DNA from: Phycisphaerales bacterium
GTDB taxonomy: Bacteria > Planctomycetota > Phycisphaerae > Phycisphaerales > UBA1924
Assembly (NCBI GenBank): GCA_965227775.1
Contig: OZ245777.1
Coordinates: 2,752,001 to 2,816,000 of the forward strand
Direction of reading: 5' to 3'
DNA: 64,000 nucleotides
Of this stretch, positions 1 through 9,123 are shown piece after piece (position 1 is the first letter of the stretch; each line of letters starts with the position of its first letter). The notes under the pieces are model-generated. The model was not told the origin of the DNA. It worked only from the letters and a program-made list of their open reading frames with translations, and did not search any database. The position numbers and the translations under genes were made by a program.

Positions 1-2
1 AA

Positions 3-545
3 CGGTCTTCGAGCGCCGTTGAGCATCGCGTGGGCGTACGAGTTGTGCCCCACCGCACCGGCCTCTCCACCAACCTTGCCGCCCCACTCGTCGAGGGGGG
101 TGCCACGAAACCTGGGGTCCCACATCGCCTTGTCGGGGTTGGTTGCGGCCTGCGGCTTCGCGACCTGATAGTCGTCAAAGACTTCGACGTTTCCAGTCTC
201 GAATGGGCTCACAGTGAGTTCGGCCGGAAAATACCCGTTGAAGATGAGCATCGACAGGATGTTGCCCGTCGTGTCGAGGCGAAGATCGCGGCCCTGCAGA
301 CCATCCGGGCGAGGCAGCGTCGCGCCGATGGCGTCGACGCGGCTTGGCACTGGATACTGATCGCGGTTGTTCGACCCCCAGATGGCGCACGCCTGCAGGA
401 TCCCGCGAACGTGCATCGAGTCTCTGGTCTTGCGCGCCTCGTCGCGCGCTTCCTGCACCTGCGGCATGACCACCACCGCGCCAACGGAAAGCACCGCGGT
501 GACGGCCCCGACCTCGATCAATGTGAATCCCCGTGCCTGTCGCAT
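3..545 (-). CDS. Prepilin-type N-terminal cleavage/methylation domain protein (partial, runs off left edge)
   Basis: Not in the ORF track. My translation from ATG 545 (GGAGG upstream): MRQARGFTLIEVGAVTAVLSVGAVVVMPQVQEARDEAR...; shares LDTTGN.LSMLI.NG.FP and WDP.FRGTP with 569..1615. Confidence 0.9.
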   Translation of the reverse strand, partial: MRQARGFTLIEVGAVTAVLSVGAVVVMPQVQEARDEARKTRDSMHVRGILQACAIWGSNNRDQYPVPSRVDAIGATLPRPDGLQGRDLRLDTTGNILSMLIFNGYFPAELTVSPFETGNVEVFDDYQVAKPQAATNPDKAMWDPRFRGTPLDEWGGKVGGEAGAVGHNSYAHAMLNGARRP

Positions 546-568
546 GCGTTGCCTCCCGTGCCTTGTGA

Positions 569-1615
569 TCAGTCGATCCAGAACTCTGCCGAAATCTGAC
601 CGTTCTCGCCGGGCAGGACCCTGCTGATCGGCCGCAGGTAGTTGTTCTGCTGATCGAGTGCGCCACTGCCAGCGGGAAGTCCGTCGCCCGAGATTAAGCC
701 CCGGCCATCGGTACCCTGCGCGAGCTTGATTTGTTCGTCGATAAGCGCACGGCTGTGGTCATGTTCGGCGTGGAACAGGTTGTCGAAGGCCGATTGCTGG
801 GTCGGGTCGGAGATGCCCGGGAAGGTCCACGTCAGCACCATCGGGTCGGGCCTGGTAAAAAAGTCCACGTGCTGGTCGTTGAACCCAACGTAACCAGACC
901 ACTCGTTCTTTGCGCCGTGGATGAGCATGGTCGTCGAGCGCGAGCCGAAGTTGTTGCCCTGCACGGCTTCCCACTTATTCTTGTTCAGGGTGTACACGGG
1001 CCCACGGTTGCCGAGAACTGCCTGGGTCGAGTCAAACGTGTTGCTCCACATGAAGCTCCGATCGTCGAACCACGCCACCTGCGCGTAGGAGTTGTGGCCG
1101 GGATCGCCCACCGTGCCCGGAACACTGCCACCCCAATCGTCGATCGGCGTGCCGCGAAACGCCGGATCCCAGTACGCCCGGCTCGGGTTTTCTGCGGAGG
1201 TCGGGCTGGCAGCCTGAAAGTTCTCATGGACCTCGACGTTGCCCGCCTCGGCAGGGCTGACGGCAAGCTCGACGGGAAAGAAGCCGTTCCAGATCAGCAT
1301 CGAGAGCGTGTTGCCGGTGGTGTCGAGGCGGCGATCGGGGCCGTCAAGGTCTGCCGGCCGCGGCAGCGTGGCGCCCTCGAGATCGATCTCGCTGGGGGTG
1401 GGGTATCGCTCGTTGTTATTCTGGGCCCAGATGGCGGCGGCCTGGGTGATGCCACGGATCTGGGTCGCATCCTTGAGCCCACGACTGCCGGACGTGCCAG
1501 TCCGGAAGCCACTCACCAGAGGGAGCGCGACAAGCGTCAACAACACGACAACCCCCAATACGACGAGCACCTCGATGGCGGACAGGCCACGACGGGAGGC
1601 GAAGGGACGGCGCAT
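569..1615 (-). CDS. Prepilin-type (planctomycete DUF1559-like) protein
   Basis: RRG|LSAIEVLVV pilin-like N-terminus with TM helix; degenerate H-X9-DG-like C-terminal motif HGAKNEWSGYVGFNDQHV; GGAG before ATG. Confidence 0.85.
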   Translation of the reverse strand: MRRPFASRRGLSAIEVLVVLGVVVLLTLVALPLVSGFRTGTSGSRGLKDATQIRGITQAAAIWAQNNNERYPTPSEIDLEGATLPRPADLDGPDRRLDTTGNTLSMLIWNGFFPVELAVSPAEAGNVEVHENFQAASPTSAENPSRAYWDPAFRGTPIDDWGGSVPGTVGDPGHNSYAQVAWFDDRSFMWSNTFDSTQAVLGNRGPVYTLNKNKWEAVQGNNFGSRSTTMLIHGAKNEWSGYVGFNDQHVDFFTRPDPMVLTWTFPGISDPTQQSAFDNLFHAEHDHSRALIDEQIKLAQGTDGRGLISGDGLPAGSGALDQQNNYLRPISRVLPGENGQISAEFWID

Positions 1616-1757
1616 GGGGAGGCTCCTTCCAGATTGTGGGCGGGCAGGTTCTGATCCGCACGAACGTGGGACCGGATGAATACGGGTTTCTACGGAGCCG
1701 GACCCGATGCGGTTGCGATTTGAACCGGAAGGGGAACAAAGACCTACGTGTCACCCG

Positions 1758-1763
1758 TATACT
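1758..1763 (+). promoter_or_regulatory. Putative -10 element (TATACT) of the MFP/M50/SecA operon
   Basis: TATACT ends 8 nt before ATG 1772; no SD present. Confidence 0.5.
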
Positions 1764-1771
1764 TGGCCACA

Positions 1772-2794
1772 ATGGCCACAGCCGCGATGACGACCCGCCG
1801 AAACCGCCTGTTCCTAGCCCTCGCACTGCCCCTGCTCGCCGCCTCAACGCCGCTGGCAACCGCCAGCCAGGCGGGCGACCGGCAAGACCAAGCGTCGCGT
1901 GGCTACGCCTTCGAGCCGTCATGGGCGGCCGAATTCGGCGGCATCTACCACTTCACCCAGCCCAGCAAGGACGCCATGATGGGCTTCAGCCAGCCCAGCG
2001 AGGTGCGGTCCGTGCTGGTGAGCGTGGGCGACCGCGTGGAGAAGGGCGACGTTCTCGTGCGGGCACGCGACGGTGACATCCAGGCGGCTTACCGCCTCCA
2101 GCAGCGGCGGGCGGAGAATCGCTTTGAAATACTCGCGGCCCAGAACCGCGTGGATCTTGCCCAGATCGAATTCGACAACCAGCAGACAGCCCAGGATCAG
2201 GGCGGTGGCAGCACGCTCGAGTATGAGCGGGCCAGGGCCTCGCTCGAGAACGCCAAGATCGAGCTGGACACCGCCAACGAGCGGTTCATCGAGCAGGGCA
2301 TCATTCTGGAACGCCAGGAGGCGGACCTGGAGCGGTTTGCCATTACGGCCCAGTTCGACGGCATGGTGGCGGCCATCGAGGTGACGCCCGGCCAAGCGAT
2401 GCAAGACAGCGAGCCGGTGCTCCGGCTGGTGTCGATCGACCCGTTGCAGGTGAAGGTGCCCACGCCAACCAGCACCGTGCTTGCGGAGCAGCTCGAGCGG
2501 GGCGACAAGGCGTGGGTGGCGGTGAGCGTGGCCGGCGAGCCGAAGATGTTCGAGGGGACGATCACCGAGGTCAGCCCTGTGGCAGACTTTGGCTCGGACA
2601 AGGTCTGGGTGAAAGTGGAGATGCCCAACCCGGACCGGTTGCTCTCGGGCCTGCCCGCCTGGGTGCGATTCAGCGAGCCGACCGAGGGCTTCATGCGCAT
2701 CCTTGCGGAGCATGAGGCTGACGACGACACCCGCGCCGCCGCGGACGATGGGGAGCAGCTGGGCGAGCCCGCCCTGGCCGCCGACGCCGGCTGA
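1772..2794 (+). CDS. Efflux/secretion periplasmic adaptor (HlyD/MFP family)
   Basis: Signal peptide, lipoyl half-motifs (VLVSVGDRVEKGDVLV; ITAQFDGMV), coiled-coil hairpin, beta-barrel. Start 1772 or 1787. Confidence 0.9.
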   Translation: MATAAMTTRRNRLFLALALPLLAASTPLATASQAGDRQDQASRGYAFEPSWAAEFGGIYHFTQPSKDAMMGFSQPSEVRSVLVSVGDRVEKGDVLVRARDGDIQAAYRLQQRRAENRFEILAAQNRVDLAQIEFDNQQTAQDQGGGSTLEYERARASLENAKIELDTANERFIEQGIILERQEADLERFAITAQFDGMVAAIEVTPGQAMQDSEPVLRLVSIDPLQVKVPTPTSTVLAEQLERGDKAWVAVSVAGEPKMFEGTITEVSPVADFGSDKVWVKVEMPNPDRLLSGLPAWVRFSEPTEGFMRILAEHEADDDTRAAADDGEQLGEPALAADAG

Positions 2795-2888
2795 CCGGCT
2801 GCGCGGCCCAACCAGAACGAATCGAGCGTGCCCGGCCGTGCGAAACGGTCGGCTACGCGATTGACCCGTTGCCCCGAGAGGAGCGACC

Positions 2889-4895
2889 GTGACGGATATC
2901 TCCAATCTGAGGACACCGGCGTGGCGACGCGTGGTCGAGGAGCTCTCGGCCGAGTCGCCCAACGCCACGACGTTCCTGGCCCGGCTGTGCGGCGTGCTCA
3001 CGCGCGTGGCCAACGCCCGGCAGGGGTCGGTGGTCATCGTTTCGGCGAGCGACACGCAGGACCAGAGCCCCGACGAGCCGTCCATCGCCTATGCCGTTGC
3101 CGCTGGCGAGGCACGGGGCGGGCGACCTGCCGAGGCACGGCGTATCGACCCGAGCCAGGTCGAGCACGGCTCGTGGGTGCGATCTGCCGCAGCCGAGGCC
3201 GTGCGCGGCGGCGAGGCACGGGTGTTCGCGCTCAACGCCAACAGCTCGCCCATGTATGGCGCGGGCAATGAGGGCGGGGCGGTGATCGCCGGCCCGATCG
3301 ATCTGCCGCTGGGCGGCGGCCATAAGGCGGCCATCTGCCTGACGATCGAGCAACGGTCGCGCGAGGCAACGCAGACGACCATGGCGCTCGTCGAGGTCTT
3401 GTGCGGCTACGCGAAGCTGCACGCGGCGAGGCAGGAAGCGAAGGGGGCGTGGCAGTCCTCGGCGGCGCTCGACCTGGCTGGTCGCCTCATCGCGTCGATC
3501 AACGAGGCTTCGGGCTTTAAGGGCGCCTGCCTTCAGCTTGCCAACGACCTGTCGCGAGCGGCTTCGGCCGATCGTGCAGCTATTGGCTGGGTTCGCGGGC
3601 TCGGAGACTCGGGCGTGGTCCGCGTGCAGTCGCTCAGCGACACCGAGCACGTCGACCGCCGGCTGCACATGGTGCGCATGCTGCAGGCCGCGATGGAAGA
3701 GTGCTACGACCAGGCTCACGCCGTGGTCTACCCCGTGCCACAAGTGCGTCGGGACCCAAGCCAGACCGGTGACCAGACCGACCCCGAGCCTGCCGTCGAC
3801 CCAACGCTTGCGGGACAGGTCTCGCACGCCCATCGCCAGCTGGCGTCCTCCGATGCGCGCCTGAAGGTCGCCTCGCTGCCGATCCGCGCGGGTGAATGCG
3901 TCGTGGGTGTGGTGACCATCGAGCTCTCCGAAGAGGACCAGCTGGACACGGCAAAGCTCGAGCTGCTACAAGCGACGCTTGATCTGGTAGGCCCGGTGAT
4001 CGAGTTGCGCCGCAGCGACGACCGGCCGCTGCCGCAGCGTGCTTGGCACAGCGTCCTCAAGAGCGGCACGTGGCTGGTTGGCCCGCGGCACACGGCGTGG
4101 AAGGTCGCCGCGCTCGTCGCACTCACTCTGTTGATCGTCATTACGTTCGTCAAGATCCCGTACCGGATCGACGCGCAGGCCGAGCTACTGGCCGTGCACG
4201 AGCGTTCGATCGCGGCCCCGTTCGCGGGGATCATCGCGAGCGTACCCGACGGCATCCGGCCAGGCGTGCAGGTGGCCAAGGGCGATCTGCTCATGCAGCT
4301 GGACACGACGGAGCTGCGCGAGAGCCGGATCGATGCGCAGGCATCGGTCTCGGCGGCACGACGCGAGGCCGACGAGGCGCGCAAGGAGGGCAATCTGAGC
4401 TCGGCCGAGCAGGCCCTGGGTCGCCTCGAGCAGGAGCAGGCCCGGCTGCGATACATCGAGACGCAGATTGAACGCTCAACCATCGTGGCACCCATCGACG
4501 GCACCATCGTCTCGGGCGATCCGAGGCGGATGATCGGCTCGGCGATCAACATCGGTGAGCCCATGTTCCGCATTGCCAGCCTCGACCAGCTCGAGGTGGT
4601 CGCCCGCGTGCCCGACAACGACATCGGCTACGTCTCGCCCGAGAGCGTGGGCGGCTTTGCCACACGAGCACGGCCTGGCGAGCGATTCAAGTTCACGGCG
4701 AACAGCCTCGTGCCGATGGGCCAGCCCGACGAGGGCAGCAACGTGTTCGAGCTGCGCGGCACGCTGGACGATCCGCCTGGCTGGTTGCGGCCGGGCATGG
4801 AGGGCATCGCGTACATCGATACGGGCAACAAGCGGATCATCTGGGTGCTCAGTCGGCGATTGCTCGACACCGCCCGGCTGTGGCTGTGGTATTGA
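2889..4895 (+). CDS. GAF-domain-containing HlyD/MFP family protein
   Basis: N-terminal GAF-like region (VASLPIRAGECVVGVVTIE), single TM, IAAPFAGII..PGVQVAKGDLL and IVAPIDGTIV, C-terminal LRPGMEG. Confidence 0.88.
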   Translation: MTDISNLRTPAWRRVVEELSAESPNATTFLARLCGVLTRVANARQGSVVIVSASDTQDQSPDEPSIAYAVAAGEARGGRPAEARRIDPSQVEHGSWVRSAAAEAVRGGEARVFALNANSSPMYGAGNEGGAVIAGPIDLPLGGGHKAAICLTIEQRSREATQTTMALVEVLCGYAKLHAARQEAKGAWQSSAALDLAGRLIASINEASGFKGACLQLANDLSRAASADRAAIGWVRGLGDSGVVRVQSLSDTEHVDRRLHMVRMLQAAMEECYDQAHAVVYPVPQVRRDPSQTGDQTDPEPAVDPTLAGQVSHAHRQLASSDARLKVASLPIRAGECVVGVVTIELSEEDQLDTAKLELLQATLDLVGPVIELRRSDDRPLPQRAWHSVLKSGTWLVGPRHTAWKVAALVALTLLIVITFVKIPYRIDAQAELLAVHERSIAAPFAGIIASVPDGIRPGVQVAKGDLLMQLDTTELRESRIDAQASVSAARREADEARKEGNLSSAEQALGRLEQEQARLRYIETQIERSTIVAPIDGTIVSGDPRRMIGSAINIGEPMFRIASLDQLEVVARVPDNDIGYVSPESVGGFATRARPGERFKFTANSLVPMGQPDEGSNVFELRGTLDDPPGWLRPGMEGIAYIDTGNKRIIWVLSRRLLDTARLWLWY

Positions 4896-4906
4896 GGTGA
4901 TCGCCC

Positions 4907-7087
4907 ATGAGTGAACGCCCGACCTTCAGCCCGATGTGGAGCCGCGTGCGCGCGATGAAGCCGCGCCTGCGCAGCCACACCCAGATCACCCGCCAGCACT
5001 ATCGCGGCCGACGTTGGCATGTGGTGCACGACCCGGCAAGCAACCAGTTCTACCGCCTTACGCCGATGGCGTACGAATTCGTGTGCCTGCTGGACGGCAA
5101 GCGCACGGTGGAAGAAACGTGGACGCTGTGCCTCGAGACGCACGGCGACGCGGCCCCGACGCAGGTCGAGACGGTCGAGCTGATTAGCCAGCTCTACAAC
5201 TCGAATCTGCTGAAGGCCGACGACACGCCCGAGACCGAGCAGTTGCTCACCAGGGCGCGCAAGCGGATCAAGAAGAAGGCCATCGGTCAAGCGATGGGCA
5301 TCATGTATTTCCGCATCCGGCTGTTCAATCCGGATTCGATTTTTACCGCGGTCGAGCCCATCATCCGGCCGTTGCTGAATCGCTGGGGGTTCATCGCCTG
5401 GTGCTTGCTGCTGCTCAGTGCGCTCGTCGCGCTCGCGAGCGAGGCTGGGGCGCTGTTCGATTCCCAGCGCTTCCAGGGCGCGATCGCGCCCGCGAACTGG
5501 CCGTGGCTGATCGTGGTGTTCATCGTCAGCAAGATCATTCACGAGAGCGGACACGGGCTCGTGTGCAAGCGGTTCGGAGGGCAGGTACCCGAGTTGGGGA
5601 TCATGATGCTCGTGATGTTCCCGGCGCCTTTTGTTGACGCGTCGAGCACGTGGGCATTTGCCAGCAAGTGGCAGCGGATGGCCGTGGGCGCGGCGGGCAT
5701 GATCTTCGAGCTCGCGGCGGCCTCGCTGGCGGCGTTCGTGTGGCTGGCGACGCTGGACACGGGCGGCGTGGTCAACCAGTTCGCATACAACGCGATGCTG
5801 ACGGCCAGCATCAGCACGATCCTGTTCAATGCCAACCCGCTGATGCGGTTCGACGGGTACTACATCCTCAGCGATCTCCTGGAAGCGCCCAACCTCATGC
5901 AACGGGCGCAGAACCTCATCAAGTTTCATTTTCAGAAGTACATGTACCGCATCAAGAACGCCAAGCCCCCCACCGTGCAAGTGGGTGAGCGGCCCTGGCT
6001 GATCGCCTATGGCTGGGCGGCGATGGTGTACCGCGTCTTCCTGTTCTTCTCGATCACGCTGTTCGTTATGGGGCAGATGTTTGGACTGGGCCTCGTGCTG
6101 GCCATCTGGACGGCGACGGTGTGGTTCGTTATGCCGCTGGGCAAGTGGACGCACTGGTTGGCGACGAATCCGCAAATCGCCGACAAGCGGTCGCGCGTTG
6201 TGCTCACGAGCATCGCGGCGGTGGGTCTCGCGGGCCTGCTGGTAGGTGCGGTGCCAATGCCCGACTACCGTCGCGCGAGCGCGGTGATCGAGAGCGAGCA
6301 GTTCACGGGCGTGTTCGCTGGCAGCGACGGTTTTGTTCAGGAGGTGCTCGTCACGCCCGGCCAATGGGTCGAGGAGGGGCAGGTCCTTGCGGTCGCAGAG
6401 AATCCCGAGCTGGTCGCGCAGCTCGATCGCACGATGGGCGCGTTCCGGGAGCTCGAGGCCCGCTTCCGCTCGGCGATGGCGCAGGACGTGCCCATCGGAG
6501 ACCTGATGACCGAGCGGCGCAGCGTGCTGCTTGAGCGGCTTGCGTTCTTGCAGGAGCGGGTGGATGGGCTGACCATGCGCGCGCCACACGCGGGATATGT
6601 CGCAGACGATCCGCGGAGGCTTGCGGGGCAGTACCTGCAGCAGGGAGCGCCGGTGTGCGCCGTGGTCGCCAGCGACGACATCCGCGTCGTTGCGTCGATG
6701 GACCAACGGCAGGCCGACTGGCTGCAGACGATGAGCTTCGAGGAGGACTTCTCTGCGGAGATCCGCCGGCGGACGCAGCCCGGCGTGGCGTTCGACGTGA
6801 CCGAGTTCGTGCGCCGCAGCGCGGGCGATCGCACGCTGCCGCACCCGGCCCTGGCCGACGTTGGTGGCGGCCAGGTGCAGACCGACCGCCGGCAGGGCCA
6901 ATCGCCCCAGGCAACGCGGCCGAGGTTCATCGTGGAAATGGAGGCCAACTTCGACGCCGACGGCGCGAGCGTGCCGCCGATGCCCGGCGAGCGCGTTGCC
7001 GTGCGATTCGAGCTGCCTCCGCGCCCGCTGCTGGGCCAGTGGGTCGATCGCCTGCGCCAGCTTGTCCAAGGACGGATCGATATCTGA
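4907..7087 (+). CDS. PqqD/RRE-like domain + M50 (site-2) metalloprotease + HlyD/MFP fusion
   Basis: VVHDPASNQFYRL...LLDGKRTVEE N-terminus; HESGH (HExxH); NANPLMRFDGY; several TMs; C-terminal VLVTPGQWVEEGQVL and MRAPHAGYV. Confidence 0.9.
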   Translation: MSERPTFSPMWSRVRAMKPRLRSHTQITRQHYRGRRWHVVHDPASNQFYRLTPMAYEFVCLLDGKRTVEETWTLCLETHGDAAPTQVETVELISQLYNSNLLKADDTPETEQLLTRARKRIKKKAIGQAMGIMYFRIRLFNPDSIFTAVEPIIRPLLNRWGFIAWCLLLLSALVALASEAGALFDSQRFQGAIAPANWPWLIVVFIVSKIIHESGHGLVCKRFGGQVPELGIMMLVMFPAPFVDASSTWAFASKWQRMAVGAAGMIFELAAASLAAFVWLATLDTGGVVNQFAYNAMLTASISTILFNANPLMRFDGYYILSDLLEAPNLMQRAQNLIKFHFQKYMYRIKNAKPPTVQVGERPWLIAYGWAAMVYRVFLFFSITLFVMGQMFGLGLVLAIWTATVWFVMPLGKWTHWLATNPQIADKRSRVVLTSIAAVGLAGLLVGAVPMPDYRRASAVIESEQFTGVFAGSDGFVQEVLVTPGQWVEEGQVLAVAENPELVAQLDRTMGAFRELEARFRSAMAQDVPIGDLMTERRSVLLERLAFLQERVDGLTMRAPHAGYVADDPRRLAGQYLQQGAPVCAVVASDDIRVVASMDQRQADWLQTMSFEEDFSAEIRRRTQPGVAFDVTEFVRRSAGDRTLPHPALADVGGGQVQTDRRQGQSPQATRPRFIVEMEANFDADGASVPPMPGERVAVRFELPPRPLLGQWVDRLRQLVQGRIDI

Positions 7088-7089
7088 GC

Positions 7090-9123
7090 ATGACCGCCAC
7101 GCCGAACATCCCGGCCCCCACAACCGGCCAGGCCGTCAGCGAGCTGACGCGATACGAGGTCATGTTCCAGGCGCTGCGTGCGCGGCAGCGGAAGCCCGAG
7201 CACTACGGCGGGCTCGACAAGGTTGCCGTGATGGCGCGAGCCCGGGCCGACCGGCTGCGAGCCACGACGCGCCACCTGCTCTCTGAGGCGAAGCGGGTGC
7301 ACGCGCTTCGCCCATCGATCGTCGACCTGAGCGACGCCCAGCTCGACGAGGCGGTACGGACGGCCCGCGAGGCGTTCGTGCGCGGACGTGCCGATGTTGA
7401 GCAGCTGCGCCACGCCATGGGGCTGATGCGCGAGGTCGCACGGCGGCAGACTGAGCAAGAGCCGTACGTCGTGCAGCTGGCCGGTGCGTTGGGCCTCTAC
7501 CACGGCCGCGTGGTCGAGATGGCCACGGGCGAGGGCAAGACGCTGACGGGCTCGATCGCCGCGCCGCTGATCGCGTGGAGCCGCAAGCGGCTGCACGTGC
7601 TGACGGTCAACGACTACCTCGCCGCGCGCGACGCCGAGAGCCGCCGGCCGATCTATGAGCGTTGCGGGCTGACGGTGGGCGCGATCACGCAGGAGTTGAG
7701 TCCCCAGGATCGCGCAGGCGTGTACGCGCGGCACATCGTGTACGGCACACCAAAGCAGATCACGGCCAACTGGCTGCGAGACCAGCTGCGCATTGGCCGC
7801 CTTAAGACGCCATGGACCGGGCGGCAGACGCTGGCGCGCTTTGGTGATCGCCCCGAGGCGGCGGCGTTCAGCCCGCTGGTGCCGGGGCTGCACGCGGCGC
7901 TCGTCGACGAGGCCGACGCCGTGCTGATCGACGAGGGCGTCGTGCCGCTGATCATCGCCCAGGCGCGCAAGGAGGACGAGATGAGCGCGGTCTACGCGAC
8001 CGCCGCGAGGCTCGCCGCTCGGCTGGACGAGGGACCCGACTACACCGTTGAACACGTGCGCCGCAGGGCCGAGCTGAAGCGGCGCGGCCGCGATCGGCTG
8101 CAGGACCTCTTCGCGAAGGAAGAGGACGCCATCTGGCGCGCCCCCCGGCGCGCCGAGGAGCTCATCAAGCAGGCGCTGGCGGCGCGGCACTGCTACCTGC
8201 GCGGGCACCACTACCAGATCGTCGACGGCCGCGTTGTCATCGTCGACGAGTACACCGGACGGTACCTGGCCGATCGCTCTTGGGAGCACGGGCTGCACCA
8301 AGCGGTCGAGGCCAAGGAGGGCGTAGAGGTCACCGCCGACCGCGAGACGCTGGCGCGGGTCAGCTTCCAGCGGTTCTTCCGCAGCTACCGGTTCCTCGCG
8401 GGGATGAGCGGCACCGCCATCGATGCGCGCAGCGAGATCGAGGCCGTGTACTCGCGGCCGGTCGTTGTCATGCCGACGAACGAGCCGATGATCCGCGAGC
8501 AGTGGCCGACCAGGATCTTCCGCTCGAGCAACGCGAAGTTTGCGGCGATCGTCGACTCGGTCGTCGCCCAGCATGCCCAGGGACGTCCGGTGCTCGTTGG
8601 CACGCGGTCGATCGAGGTGAGCGAGCGGATCAGTGAACGCCTCGAGGCCCGCGGGCTCGCCCACCAGGTGTTGAACGCAAACTTCGACAAGACCGAGGCC
8701 GACCTGATCGCGCAGGCCGGGCGTAGCGGGGCCATCACCGTCGCGACGAACATGGCCGGCCGCGGCACGGACATCATGCTGGACGAGCGGGCGAAGGAAG
8801 CCGGCGGCCTGCACGTGATCCTGACCGAGCTGCACGCCTCGACGCGCATCGACCGGCAGTTCATCGGCCGGGCCGGCCGCCAGGGCGACCCGGGCAGCGC
8901 GCAGATCTTCGCGAGCCTGGAAGACGAGCTCGTCGAGCACAACTCGCCCAAGCTGGCTGGCTTCGTGCGCCGCCGGACGGCCCGCGAAGAGGTCGGCAAG
9001 GACCGCCTGGCGCGCCTTGCAGTGCGTCAGAGCCAACGCCGGGCTGAGCACCGCGACCGCATCAACCGCGGCCACGTCATGCGGCAGGACGACTGGATCG
9101 AGAAGCACCTGCCGGGCGGCTAG
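7090..9123 (+). CDS. Accessory SecA-like DEAD ATPase (C-terminally truncated, 677 aa)
   Basis: MATGEGKT, TVNDYLAARD, VDEADAVLID, TNMAGRGTDI, RIDRQFIGRAGRQGDPG. ATG 7090 lies 2 nt after the M50 stop; the ORF-track extension to 6655 overlaps that gene. Confidence 0.93.
   Translation: MTATPNIPAPTTGQAVSELTRYEVMFQALRARQRKPEHYGGLDKVAVMARARADRLRATTRHLLSEAKRVHALRPSIVDLSDAQLDEAVRTAREAFVRGRADVEQLRHAMGLMREVARRQTEQEPYVVQLAGALGLYHGRVVEMATGEGKTLTGSIAAPLIAWSRKRLHVLTVNDYLAARDAESRRPIYERCGLTVGAITQELSPQDRAGVYARHIVYGTPKQITANWLRDQLRIGRLKTPWTGRQTLARFGDRPEAAAFSPLVPGLHAALVDEADAVLIDEGVVPLIIAQARKEDEMSAVYATAARLAARLDEGPDYTVEHVRRRAELKRRGRDRLQDLFAKEEDAIWRAPRRAEELIKQALAARHCYLRGHHYQIVDGRVVIVDEYTGRYLADRSWEHGLHQAVEAKEGVEVTADRETLARVSFQRFFRSYRFLAGMSGTAIDARSEIEAVYSRPVVVMPTNEPMIREQWPTRIFRSSNAKFAAIVDSVVAQHAQGRPVLVGTRSIEVSERISERLEARGLAHQVLNANFDKTEADLIAQAGRSGAITVATNMAGRGTDIMLDERAKEAGGLHVILTELHASTRIDRQFIGRAGRQGDPGSAQIFASLEDELVEHNSPKLAGFVRRRTAREEVGKDRLARLAVRQSQRRAEHRDRINRGHVMRQDDWIEKHLPGG

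Noticed and set aside
6655..7089. N-terminal extensions in the ORF track (SecA; also 9728..10966, 10435..11682, 49135..50616, 44177..48328)
   Set aside because: They overlap neighbouring genes; better starts with SD or -10 signals lie downstream.
6337..9108. Long antisense ORFs (923 aa here; also 4628..7123, 45719..47605 and others)
   Set aside because: Shadow ORFs of high-GC genes with no motifs, opposite well-supported CDSs.
7090..9123. Housekeeping secA
   Set aside because: Too short and embedded in the MFP/M50 operon, so the gene symbol was withheld.
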